64,000 nt of DNA, taken from positions 84,453,147 to 84,517,146 of the forward strand of contig NC_068983.1 in assembly GCF_001194135.2 (NCBI RefSeq). Reading direction: 5' to 3'. Position numbers and translations under genes: made by a program. The notes under the pieces are model-generated. The model ran no database searches. It worked only from the letters and a program-made list of their open reading frames with translations, and had not been told where the DNA came from. Below are positions 14,357 to 26,812 of the stretch, in pieces (position 1 is the stretch's first letter; each line of letters starts with the position of its first letter). This DNA is from Octopus bimaculoides (taxonomy: Eukaryota).

Positions 14357-15137
14357 CAGGGAACAGTGAATAAACTGTCATCTAAATTAAGCAAAAATGA
14401 AAATAATACTGATATCTCATTTTAACAGATATATTTACCAATATTACATAAAAATATCTTGAAATACTAAAGAGTAAATTTATTCAATAAAATCGCCATT
14501 GGTTTCAACTATGGCCTCTAGATGACTTTGGAATCTCCTGCAACTCTTCTGGATGGTCTTGTTTAAGTTGGTGAATGTTGCCATAATCCTTGCCTTCAGT
14601 TCATCTTTGGTGTTACAAGGAGTTTTATTGGTCTCTCGCTCAAGTGGGTTGTAGTCTGGGGAGTTAGGTGGCCAGATGTTAGGAATGATGTAGTCACAGA
14701 AAGTGTCTGACAGCCATGACTGGGTTCTGCTGCTTGTGTAGCATGGTGCAGAGTCCTGTTGCCAGACATAGGGTCTTTCAGCAGTCACCCTCTTGACCCA
14801 GGGCAGCACTACTACCTCCAGGCACTTGATGTAAGACTCCGTGTTGAGCCTGAGGCCATGTGGGAAGATGGATGGAGGTATAACATCACCATCACTAGTG
14901 ATCACTCCAAACACCATGATGTTAACTGGATGTTTGATTTTTATCACTTCTGGTGTGATTGCCAAGCAGTACAGCATGTTATTTCCAAATTTCTGGCAGA
15001 GTGAATTGCATCATGATGTTGTTTTTCTCACAGACGGTATCCAACTGACCCTTCTATACTGTGTAGTCAACAAAATCAAAAACAAACAATGTGCATACAT
15101 GAAATGTAAAATGGCAACAATTTACCCATCGCACCCT
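14357..15137 (-). mobile_element. Internally deleted Tc1/mariner DD37D (maT-type) element
   Basis: ORF 14480-14977 carries WQQDSAP...WPPNSPD-x-NPL with 37 residues after the second D. (C)AGGGTG-type TIR at 15137 and a degenerate copy at 14357, in a (TA)n site. Confidence 0.8.
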
Positions 15138-16088
15138 NNNNNNNNNNNNNNNNNNNNNNNNNNNNNNNNNNNNNNNNNNNNNNNNNNNNNNNNNNNNNNN
15201 NNNNNNNNNNNNNNNNNNNNNNNNNNNNNNNNNNNNNNNNNNNNNNNNNNNNNNNNNNNNNNNNNNNNNNNNNNNNNNNNNNNNNNNNNNNNNNNNNNNN
15301 NNNNNNNNNNNNNNNNNNNNNNNNNNNNNNNNNNNNNNNNNNNNNNNNNNNNNNNNNNNNNNNNNNNNNNNNNNNNNNNNNNNNNNNNNNNNNNNNNNNN
15401 NNNNNNNNNNNNNNNNNNNNNNNNNNNNNNNNNNNNNNNNNNNNNNNNNNNNNNNNNNNNNNNNNNNNNNNNNNNNNNNNNNNNNNNNNNNNNNNNNNNN
15501 NNNNNNNNNNNNNNNNNNNNNNNNNNNNNNNNNNNNNNNNNNNNNNNNNNNNNNNNNNNNNNNNNNNNNNNNNNNNNNNNNNNNNNNNNNNNNNNNNNNN
15601 NNNNNNNNNNNNNNNNNNNNNNNNNNNNNNNNNNNNNNNNNNNNNNNNNNNNNNNNNNNNNNNNNNNNNNNNNNNNNNNNNNNNNNNNNNNNNNNNNNNN
15701 NNNNNNNNNNNNNNNNNNNNNNNNNNNNNNNNNNNNNNNNNNNNNNNNNNNNNNNNNNNNNNNNNNNNNNNNNNNNNNNNNNNNNNNNNNNNNNNNNNNN
15801 NNNNNNNNNNNNNNNNNNNNNNNNNNNNNNNNNNNNNNNNNNNNNNNNNNNNNNNNNNNNNNNNNNNNNNNNNNNNNNNNNNNNNNNNNNNNNNNNNNNN
15901 NNNNNNNNNNNNNNNNNNNNNNNNNNNNNNNNNNNNNNNNNNNNNNNNNNNNNNNNNNNNNNNNNNNNNNNNNNNNNNNNNNNNNNNNNNNNNNNNNNNN
16001 NNNNNNNNNNNNNNNNNNNNNNNNNNNNNNNNNNNNNNNNNNNNNNNNNNNNNNNNNNNNNNNNNNNNNNNNNNNNNNNNNNNNNNNA

Positions 16089-16332
16089 AAAGACACCATT
16101 TCGAGCGTGGCCATTGTCAGTATCGCCTGACTGGCCTTCGTGCAGGTGACACGTAAAAGCACCTACTACACTCTCTGAGTGGTTGGCGTTAGGAAGGGCA
16201 TCCAGCTGTAGAAACTCTGCCAAATTTAGATTGGAGCCTGGTGTTGCCATCCGGTTTCACCAGTCCTCAGTCAAGTCGTCCAACCCATGCTAGCATGGAA
16301 AGCGGACGTTAAACGATGATGATGATGATGAT
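16089..16332 (+). mobile_element. RTE LINE 3' end following an N gap
   Basis: Same 3' sequence as other copies, ending aaacgatgatgatgatgat. Confidence 0.8.
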
Positions 16333-17963
16333 ATGCACACACACACACATATATCATCATCATCATTTAACATCCGTTTTCCATGATGGCATGGGTTAGT
16401 CAGTTTGACCGGAGCTGGTAAGCTGGAGAGCTGCACCAGGCTGTACTTGGCTGTTTTGGCATAGTTTCTACAGCTGGATGCCCTTTCTAGTACCAACTAC
16501 TTTACAGAGTATACTGGGTGCCTTTTAAGTGTCACTAGCACTGGCCATGACTACAATTTCACTTAGCTTGATGTATTTTCTCAAGCACAGCAAATCGTTA
16601 GAAGTTTTGGTCACTTGTCATCGCCTCCACGAGACTCAACAACCAAAGACCTTGTCCCATGTCTATAAATAAGAAATCAAAATAAGAAAATTCGAAATTA
16701 TTCTGCCCATGGCAGAAACTGAGTGCTTGTGTATCAAAAATGAAGTATAATTTTATTTGGGAAAGCATTTACATTTATATATATATATACATACAAAAAG
16801 CTTTACCACTGCAAAAACAAAAATAGTTAGTGCAAATTAAGGGATACAACTTCATTCTTATAGAAGATCCCTAACAAAAGATGAGATACAAAAAGAAACA
16901 AATACACAATACAAAACCAAGAAGAAAACATTTAGAAATAAGTTGTGTGAAATAGAGTTTATTTTAACGAGATACCTCTTGAAATCATCTGAGGAGACAT
17001 CTACACTGAGGGATACACTTAAATCAGTTGTACAGTATCCCACCTGCGAGAGATGGGTTGAAATTATTGTAGCGATCAATGAATATTCTTGTATCTTTCA
17101 TCTAGACTGTCTCTCTCATTAGTTAGTTATGCATGTTTATATATATATATATGTGTATATATATNNNNNNNNNNNNNNNNNNNNNNNNNNNNNNNNNNNN
17201 NNNNNNNNNNNNNNNNNNNNNNNNNNNNNNNNNNNNNNNNNNNNNNNNNNNNNNNNNNNNNNNNNNNNNNNNNNNNNNNNNNNNNNNNNNNNNNNNNNNN
17301 NNNNNNNNNNNNNNNNNNNNNNNNNNNNNNNNNNNNNNNNNNNNNNNNNNNNNNNNNNNNNNNNNNNNNNNNNNNNNNNNNNNNNNNNNNNNNNNNNNNN
17401 NNNNNNNNNNNNNNNNNNNNNNNNNNNNNNNNNNNNNNNNNNNNNNNNNNNNNNNNNNNNNNNNNNNNNNNNNNNNNNNNNNNNNNNNNNNNNNNNNNNN
17501 NNNNNNNNNNNNNNNNNNNNNNNNNNNNNNNNNNNNNNNNNNNNNNNNNNNNNNNNNNNNNNNNNNNNNNNNNNNNNNNNNNNNNNNNNNNNNNNNNNNN
17601 NNNNNNNNNNNNNNNNNNNNNNNNNNNNNNNNNNNNNNNNNNNNNNNNNNNNNNNNNNNNNNNNNNNNNNNNNNNNNNNNNNNNNNNNNNNNNNNNNNNN
17701 NNNNNNNNNNNNNNNNNNNNNNNNNNNNNNNNNNNNNNNNNNNNNNNNNNNNNNNNNNNNNNNNNNNNNNNNNNNNNNNNNNNNNNNNNNNNNNNNNNNN
17801 NNNNNNNNNNNNNNNNNNNNNNNNNNNNNNNNNNNNNNNNNNNNNNNNNNNNNNNNNNNNNNNNNNNNNNNNNNNNNNNNNNNNNNNNNNNNNNNNNNNN
17901 NNNNNNNNNNNNNNNNNNNNNNNNNNNNNNNNNNNNNNNNNNNNNNNNNNNNNNNTATATATA

Positions 17964-18824
17964 CTGTTGTGTCTGGGGAGAGTCATTCTCTTTTAGTGCC
18001 TTATAATTTAAAATTTCCACTCATTTACTTTTTTCATTACAAAGTTTCAGCTCAGAGCTGCGGCCATGCTGTTTTTCTAAAATATTTGTTGCGTCTTGCA
18101 ACCTTTTCAATAGTTGTTGACTCTGTCCATTATCTAAGCTGTTTTCTTTTTGTTTGTTTGTGCGCATGTGTGTGGATCAGTGTGTGTGTACATACACATG
18201 TATGTATGTATGTATGCATGCATGCATGCATGCAATTGTGTGTATGCATGCATGTATGTGTGTGTGTGCATGTATGTATATATATATATGTATGTTTGTA
18301 TTCTGCATATTCATGTGTTTGTGTGTTTTTATGTGTGTGTGTGTACCTCTGTCTCCTTGTGTGTGCATGTCTGAGTGTGTCTGTGTGCGTGTGTACATGG
18401 GTTTTTGTGACTATGTACTGTGTACATAGTAACAAAAAACCCACACACACCTAGACACACTCAGACATGCACACACAAGGAGACAGAGGTACACACACAC
18501 AGACATGCAAAGACACACACATAGAAACACACAAACATACACACATATATACATATGCACACACACACACACACTTACATGCATGAATACATACATATGT
18601 ACACACATATATATGCGTGTATGCGCACACACACTGACCCACCCACATGCACACAAACGAACAAAATGAATGCAGCTTGGATAACGGAGTCAACAACTAT
18701 TGAAAAAGTTGCAAGACGCAAAAAAATTTTAGAAAAATAAATAAGTAAATGAGTGGAAATTTTACTGGTGAGTGTGTTAAATTATAAGACATGAAAAGAG
18801 AATGACTCTCCCCAGACACAACAG
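17964..18824. repeat. ~860-bp fold-back palindrome containing CA/TG microsatellite
   Basis: Outer, middle and central segments are mutual reverse complements, down to a 3-nt loop at 18419-18421. Confidence 0.85.
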
Positions 18825-19199
18825 AATTCAACACACAAACTCATATAAAGAATCTTGCTAATCAAATCCAAAAACGATATATATATATAAATTTAGTCAG
18901 TCAGTAAGGAATCTTCGATAAGATAAGTGATGCCGTTCATTTTATTAATACTGTTAAACGTTCAGATTCATTTATTAGTTAATAACACTATCTTTTTATA
19001 TGTTTTCCTATTCTTAATCTACAGAAAGTGTTTCTTCATTAGAGGAATTAGGCCTTTAACTTGAATGATTATTATTATTAAACCTAGACATTTTATGTAT
19101 TGTACTAATAATAGCTTTCCTACACATACAGATATTTCTACTTTATCCCTATTTTATTTTATTTATATTATTTAAATAGTAGGATACTTTTTTTGAATT

Positions 19200-19312
19200 T
19201 ATAAGGCCTGAAGAGTGACTTCATTCTTAGTGGAATTTATCTTGATCGATTTATTGTAGATTGCACAGATTTTTTCTACTATTATGTGGCCACGAAACGT
19301 GCATAGTCTATA
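19200..19312 (+). ncRNA. Degenerate type I hammerhead-like motif with long stem II
   Basis: AGGC-CUGAAGA-GUG...CAC-GAAA-CGUGCA-U-A-GUCU: stems I and II close, but stem III has a C/A mismatch. Confidence 0.45.
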
Positions 19313-19454
19313 ATTCACTTTCTTTTTCATAAACTTACTAAACTGAATTAAATTTTTAATCTAATATTTTATAGATTTTTAAAGTAGTATTTTGTAAAGT
19401 ACATTTTTCTTGATTGTTTGGATTGCATCTTGGTGGTTCTTCTCTAAATTATTA

Positions 19455-19493
<39 letters not shown>

Positions 19494-19774
19494 NNNNNNN
19501 NNNNNNNNNNNNNNNNNNNNNNNNNNNNNNNNNNNNNNNNNNNNNNNNNNNNNNNNNNNNNNNNNNNNNNNNNNNNNNNNNNNNNNNNNNNNNNNNNNNN
19601 NNNNNNNAATTGGAGATTAAGAATTTCAATGGGGGTTCTTTCCCTCTTTACACACCCTAACAAAAATTCTAATCATGACATATTTATCCTATACTACTCA
19701 TCTTTATGACCAGATTCGTAAATCCAAATCTTATAAAACCCATTCAAAGGTTTTTGCTCCTGAAAAATGGAGCA

Positions 19775-20860
19775 CATGGAGCTCTAAAATATGGGAGTTA
19801 AGGCCCCTATTAGGGATGTCTTAAAGTCAACCAGAGAAGTTGAATTGTTGGGAATCTTTTTTAACTTGTGTCTTATATCTATTGTTCAAATTTCTTTGAA
19901 ATCGGAAATATATGAATGTTCAGTGGGTTTGTAAAAGAGAGCAAAGCTAGATGAAACCAAAAGACGAATGATCACAATAAGCAGTCAGCTACCCTACCCT
20001 AGTTGTTGACGTGAGAGCTAAGGGGAAATAGAAGTGTCACCTCTGGAGTTTGCCAATGATCACTATGCCAATAGGTAACTGAACAGAATAAATTTGCAAT
20101 CTATAAATCTCTTTGAATGACCGGTTACTGATCTGGAAAGGCCTTGAAATCAATGTTACCATCTGGGGACTATCTCTGACCTAGAGATAATAAAAAGACT
20201 CAAAGGAGGTCTGCAACTAAATAACTTTACTCAAAATAAAACCTTGCAACTGAATCAGTGGAGGCAAAGATGCCTCTCCTTTACTTGACAATTTATGCAC
20301 CACATTGCAGAAATCACAATCTAAGTATATCTCATTGAATTACAAATAACACTCATCTTGTATCCTTGGGTGACTCTACAGCTTCCAAGACTACAATTGT
20401 ATTCGTCTTGGCTTAGGAAAAATGACTAAATTGTGGGAGTTAAGCCTCCATTAAGGAGTCTTACTAACTTCCTAAGAAGTTGAAATTTTAGGAATATTAC
20501 TTCATTTGTGTCTAATATCTATGGTTAAAATTTCATCAACAGCAAAATTATATGAATTTTCATGGGGGTTACGGCCTCGTTTATGCCCCCTCACTTTCAA
20601 ACATATACTGCAATACATCCACCCTTGTGCATAAAATACAATTTCCAAATTTCATAAAGATCCATTCAATACTTTTGACCTTGTTTTGGACCATAAAAAA
20701 TCACTAAAATTTGGGAGTTAAGACCCCCCCATTAGGGGATCTTAGAACCCTCATGAGAAGTGGAAACTTTGGGAATACTTCTTGATTTGTGTCAATTACC
20801 TATGGTTGAAATTTCCTCAACATCGGAAATTTATGAATTTTCAAGGGGGGTTCTGCCTCC
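19775..20860. repeat. Three diverged copies of a ~150-bp unit
   Basis: Units near 19790, 20433 and 20710 share tgggagttaag-ccc, gaagt-gaa, tgtgtc--atatctat, aaatttc and atgaatttt-ca-ggggg. Confidence 0.65.
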
Positions 20861-21878
20861 TGTAAGCCCCATCAAATTCAAACCAAACATACTGCATTAT
20901 ATATCTTAAAATAGCAGTCGCGTACTGGGATCGATTTAATCGATTAACCCCATCCTGCCAAGTTTCCGGTTTTGTGCCTAGGTTAGAAACGAGGGAATTT
21001 CTTGAGAAAGATATTAAACAAGAAAGGATTTAAAGTTTTTAAGGAATTATATATATAACGGCAAGACATCCTTTTGTACCCCCAAAATCTCACTTTAAAA
21101 TTTTCTTTTCTACACAAACCCCCGTTTTCGTCGGGAAATGGGGTGGGGAACAGGAGGAAGTGTTTCCTATATAACCCCAACGAGTCTAGTTCGCCACTAG
21201 TGATCTTCCAGGTTATAGACATTTTAGTTAACTTACGCCGTCCATTCCTTTGAAATAAGTAAGGGTATTATGCGATCTTTTATTCATTTCCTCTCAGGTC
21301 TTGTGTCTGTCTCATAAATGGGAGAAACCTTTATATGGTTGCTAGTACTGGTAGAAATAGCAGCAAAATCTCTCAAATCATATTCTACTGTATAAAGAAT
21401 ATATTGGATAATGTACCCAAAGCCAAAGAAGGAACCACTTCGTGGTCGTTCGACTTGCTACAAGTAGCGGACAGATTCCCATTCAAACCACGTTACCTTC
21501 ACAAATATTAGATAACGTAGCTTGAGATAAGCTTTGTTCGAGAAGATGGGATGATCAAAGACAGACCGTATTCGATCACAAAATCTGTCGAATGAGAGAT
21601 GACCTGAAGCTAAAAAACTACAAGGTGGTACAATTTAGCTATCAAATCACGATTGAAGTTGAACAAAAACAGATAGAAGTGTTGCACGTTTCGTAATTTT
21701 GTTTCTTACAAAGCTAACTTGAGAATGAAAGCTATTAAAATAATAGTAACCCTTAAGTATTTATCTTATCAGTTTTATGAATACATATGATTAATTTTTT
21801 TCATATGACTGAGTATGTGTGTGTGTGTGTGTGTACACGTATATGTATATGTGTGTATATATTATACAAATATGTATG

Positions 21879-21917
<39 letters not shown>

Positions 21918-22019
21918 NNNNNNNNNNNNNNNNNNNNNNNNNNNNNNNNNNNNNNNNNNNNNNNNNNNNNNNNNNNNNNNNNNNNNNNNNNNNNNNNNNN
22001 NNTATATATAAAAGGTATT

Positions 22020-22163
22020 GCTTGTGTGTATACGCGCGTTTGAGAATACGAAACTAATAAAGGAATTCCCACACTTCAGACTCGGGGAATTGTCGTCTGT
22101 GCGGAAAGAATTCCTGTAATGCTTGAAATATGGGACTAATTTGACGTGTTGTTGGGGTCAACA
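22020..22163 (+). promoter_or_regulatory. Putative DAGL promoter / 5' UTR
   Basis: Locally CpG-rich (tacgcgcgt, ctcgggg, gtcgtc) directly upstream of the ATG, in otherwise CpG-poor DNA. The TSS cannot be determined from sequence. Confidence 0.45.
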
Positions 22164-22258
22164 ATGCCTGGTATAGTGTTGTTTAATCGTCGATGGCATA
22201 TCAGTGGAGATGATTTAGTATTTCCAGGGCTGTTGGAAATTTTTACTCGGCTCGCATG
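22164..22258 (+). CDS. DAGLB: DAGL exon 1 ([32 protein letters not shown])
   Basis: ATG at 22164 (acaATGc), 95 nt, phase-2 donor TG|gtaaat. Conserved DAGL N-terminus; too short for the supplied ORF track. Confidence 0.95.
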
Positions 22259-22839
22259 GTAAATTTCTTTTATCTTTTCCTTAAAATACAATTTGTACAT
22301 TAATATGCGTATCTATCTATCTATTCTATCTATCTGTCTTAATATGTAGGTATGTATGTAGTTATGTATGTAGTGTTTTGTTTATAATTACATAGGAATA
22401 TGAAAACATTATACATAACCAATTTCTATCAGACGTCATCAAACTCGAAAAACAGGACACGTACAGGTATTTCAGAAGAATACCTGTCTTTTTATTCCTT
22501 CATCCAAAAAAGGGGGAATGAAAAATGGGGCTGTGAAAATTCTTTAAAATCTCTTTCTCTCTCAATATTTTTGAATCAAAAACTATAAATCCTATCCCAA
22601 ATCAGATGTATTTTATTTGTCTATTTTTAAAATGAAAAATGCGTTCTTATTAAAAAAAGGGAACGTTTTAATTATTTAAACAGTATCCGAGTAGTGTCTT
22701 CCAGTAGAATAATATAATTATCTTAAAAAAGAATAAATTAAGGTTGTTTCTAATGAGTATGTGTGAACACGGAAGCTACTTATATCATTTACTTTCGATA
22801 TATATATATATATGTATATATGTGTGTGTGTGTGTGTGT

Positions 22840-22884
<45 letters not shown>

Positions 22885-24299
22885 TAGCACTATTTCAGTT
22901 TGTCCCACTGAAAATACTTTTTGAAATGTTTTAAAATTACGTGAAATAACCTATAAAGTATACAAGTAGAAAAGTAACAAAACTGAAACACTTAAAAATG
23001 TCATTTTAAATTGAGTTGATAATAGCAAGAAATGACGAAATGCTTTTAACAGTTTTTTAGTTTTGTTTCCTTGTTTTCCTAATTCAAACCCTGCTTTGCT
23101 GAGTTAGTTTTTACTTTCCTCTTGAGTCAATGAAATAGTATTAGTACTGCACAGCAGTAAACTCAGCTAGCTGTTTTCTGATCACCATGGGAGCTTTTTA
23201 TTGATTGTTCTATCTTCTAGAAATAACAGCAAAATCTCCTTCATATGAGTATCTGAACAGGGGAAGGTAGGACACATTAGATAATGTGATCATTGGTACA
23301 CTATGCTTTGGGGAAAAAGGAGATGTTGGTTACATCTGGAATGCCTTTGACTCAGTTGCTTGACCTGTTTAAAATAGCAGACTAAAATCCTTGAACTCTT
23401 GCCCTTAAATAGAGAAAGTTACATGAGATAATGTGGTCCATGTTATATAGAAAGGAAGGATGATCATGACTTGAGCTTTCATCATTGGTCTGCTCACTCA
23501 GGGAGAACTTAGAACCAAAAAAAAAAAAAAAAGTAAAGAAAAGTCTACCTTTTGGTTTGTGCCTAGTCAAATAAATAGGGCAATATTTTCTTTTGATTTA
23601 ATGCAAGAGTTTTCCCCCTACCATAATGAGAGGGTGTATAGTTAAGTGAATTGATTCTTGTATATATTACAGAAATTTATATTATTCATCCTGGGCTAAA
23701 AGGTTAACTTAACAACAGTGGAATTTGAACCCAGAAACTTGAAAGATCGCCACATTCTTGCCTTGATATTATAGTAATGCATTTCCAAAAGCCTAAAAAG
23801 TAATAATTTTGTAGAATAGGTTGAATGATGGTCTGAATATCTTAAAGTATTTAATTACTTTACTTTCACAATTTGAATTCAGATCCTGCATCAGTCAACT
23901 TAGCTTTCATTATTCTAGGATTGCTGTGTTTCCTTTATCCTCTAAAACATTCCAGCTATGACAATCCCATTTTTTAGGTGTCTAGGATTAAATTATGTAA
24001 AGTGTACTCGTTTTTTTCAAAATGACATGATTTCATTCAAGGGAGTCTTGACTGGTGTTTCTAGCAGGTTAACTACATAAAGTCTTGGTCATTGGCTCAT
24101 TCTTCCAGGGTTGATAAATTAATAAGTACTGGTCATATATGTAGTAGACTGATTCAAGCAAGTATATTCCATTCCATGCCACTAATATCCTTAATAGCGC
24201 ACCAATATAACAGAGAAAAACAGTATGCGAGGAAAACAGACCGAATTAAAACATTTAACAACACAAATAAAAATATTATGCATATATATATTATGCATA

Positions 24300-24463
24300 T
24301 ACGCCAGGCTTCTTTCAGTTTCCGTCTACCAAATCCACTCACAAGGCTTTGGTTGGCCCGAGGTTATAGTAGAAGACACTTGCCCAAGGTGCCACGCAGT
24401 GGGACTGAACCTGGAACCATGTGGTTGGTAAGCAAGCTACTTACCACACAGCCACTCCTGCAC
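24300..24463 (-). mobile_element. Little-diverged tRNA-derived SINE head in DAGL intron 1
   Basis: ggtgcaggagtggctgtgtggtaag...ggttccaggttcagtcccactgcgtggcacc family; other copies near 7670, 9230, 26815, 29500 and 63220. Confidence 0.85.
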
Positions 24464-25708
24464 CTATATTTTATTTCAAATGTATTTAGAAATTTTATTG
24501 TTTTTTATTTCTATTTCCTCTCATGGTTAATTATTTCAGTTGGTTCTAGATAATGCATTTCTAACTTATTTATTCTAGCTAACATCCTAGTTCAGCTATG
24601 ATATTTATTTAAAAAAAAATTTTATAAAGATAAAATTGTAGTGGTTGTTTTATGTATATATGTAGTTGTGCAACAGGATATAAACAGTAGTTTCTAGTAT
24701 TTGCTTTTCCTTGTTAATCTTTTTTTTTTTACTGAGAATTAAAGCTTATTGCTGAAAAAACAACAATGGATATTGAAAATATTTATTCTTATGCTTAAAT
24801 TTAAAATAAAAGAAAATAATATTTAGACTGTGATTTTGATGGAATTCTTATTTGGAAATAGAGATACATGTAATTGGCTTAATTTAAAATATTTAGGTTC
24901 GAGCTTCACTTACAATTCTGTACTTTAATGACAAGAAAGTTGCAGCAATAGAATTTGTAGTATTGGTTCCTAAACTACATCTGTAATGTGATGACTATTA
25001 GTAAAATCAAATATCTCTTATTAAAAGAAGTTGTGTACAGGCACTATGTGAAGGCAATTGTATTTAATATCAAGTACTAGGCACAGAAAAATGTAAATTG
25101 CTTCCAAAAATACTGTTTTCATTTCAAATTTATTCCCTTCTTTGCTGAGATTTGGAATAAAAATAAACTATATCATGAATATGGCATTATTTCATAAAGA
25201 AAAAAACTTTTGTAAAAATACTATTCAAGTTTTTAAGATTTAAAAATTTGGTTTCAGCATCTCTTACTTTTTGGTATCTCTGGTTCATACTGATGGTGAT
25301 AACATTATTGTTCTCTACTTAGACTGTCAAATCCAGTTGATGAAATAATGATTCCAGAATCAGTGTCTGCTTTAGTTACGAATACCACTTGAAGATGATT
25401 GGAGATAATACTGTATAAAGATTACCAACAATATTTCCATAATTAGTAAAAATAGTCCTAAAAACTGACGTCACTACAAACCCATCTCAGACTAAAAGAA
25501 TAGAGACTGTTGAAGTGTATCTAATTGTTCAGCCTACCTGTTTTGTTATACACAATAAACTTTTGTTATTAGCCAGTTTCAGGTAGCAGTTGGTCACAGG
25601 AAAGAGCTCATAGCAAATTATGACTGATTTTATTGTACCTTTTTGATAATTTGTGTATTTCTGTGAAAAGTACAACTGATCACTTTTATTTTTACTTTTG
25701 TTATTCAG

Positions 25709-25956
25709 GTTAATTGCTATAATTGTGGTTTTTAATCACCACAAAGAAGCTTTCAGTTGCAATGATGGCCATTTGTTATGGACTTATTACATTGGAGTTA
25801 TCACTCTTCTTTCAATCAGCATTGTTCTGACAATTGGCATAATCAGTATAAGCATGAAAGGGAACATTACCAACACATTTCCTCGAAGAAAGCTACCATA
25901 TTTTCTCTACTTAAAAGTTCTCCTTGGAATGCCTGAACTTATCTGGAATGTACTTG
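25709..25956 (+). CDS. DAGLB: DAGL exon 2 (TM segments; LIAIIVVF...SMKGNITNTFPRR...PELIWNVL)
   Basis: ttattcag acceptor, 248 nt, G|gtaaat donor; phase 2 in, phase 1 out; matches the DAGL SMRG-x-PR motif. Confidence 0.93.
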
Positions 25957-26768
25957 GTAAATATTTAATTTGCTTTATAGGATTACTTGAATAAATTGTA
26001 TGTATATAAATACATATCATCATCATCATTGTTTTTAATGTCCACCTAAAAGTGAGGCCCAGTGTCTGATGATCCTTTCTCACCACTGGGACGAAGTTGT
26101 GAGAAAGGATCTTCAGATACTGAGCCTCACTGAGGAGATCACAAGGGATCAAGACCTCTGGTGATTTGTTGTAATTGAGATGACATGTCAAGCAATTAAA
26201 ATTGTAGCCGTCCATACATACAGGCATGTCCTTTTTGGCCATGCCCCTCACTCCCTCTCCCAACTGAGAGGTCTTTGTCTTGCAGGTGCTGGTACCACAT
26301 GAAGTGCATTTGTGTCAGTGTTACATAAAATGCACTTGTGCTTACTGACACTCTATTGGTTATGACGATGAGTGCTCTAGTTGATCTGATCAACAGAACA
26401 ACTTGCTCGTGAAATTAACATGCAAGTGGCTGAGCACTCCTCACACACAAATACCCTTCATTTAGTTCTTAAGGGGATTCAACGTGACACAGAATGTGAC
26501 AAAGTTGGCCCTTTGAACTACAGGTACAACTCATTTTTGCCAGCTGAGTGAATTGGAGCAACATGAAATAAAGTGTCAATGAATCGACCCTAGTATTTAT
26601 CTAAGCTTGGTACTTATGCTATTGGTCTCTTTTGCCAAACTTCTAAGTTACGGGGATATAAACACACCAACACCAGTTGTCAAGCAGTGGTAGAAGACAA
26701 GCACAAAGACACATACAAAGATATATATATATAATAATGATATCATCGTCATTGTGAAGATAAGGATG

Positions 26769-26812
<44 letters not shown>

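Noticed and set aside
16858-17105. - strand ORFs as exon 2 of the putative divergent gene
   Set aside because: The upstream acceptor region is purine-rich and the peptides are unrecognisable.
14841-18454. Long ORFs of 280-440 aa in the ORF track (also at 33005-33908, 39218-39692, 19379-19709, 21787-22072)
   Set aside because: They are open only because they run through N gaps (poly-X).
18130-18740. Stacked Cys/Val/His/Thr-rich ORFs (similar ones at 2476, 9224, 12287, 26643, 45940)
   Set aside because: Translations of CA/TG, TA, TAA and GAAA microsatellites.
20983-21222. ORF MSITWKITSGELDSLGLYRKHF...
   Set aside because: No recognisable homology, no clear splice boundaries, and it lies just inside a predicted intron downstream of a consensus donor.
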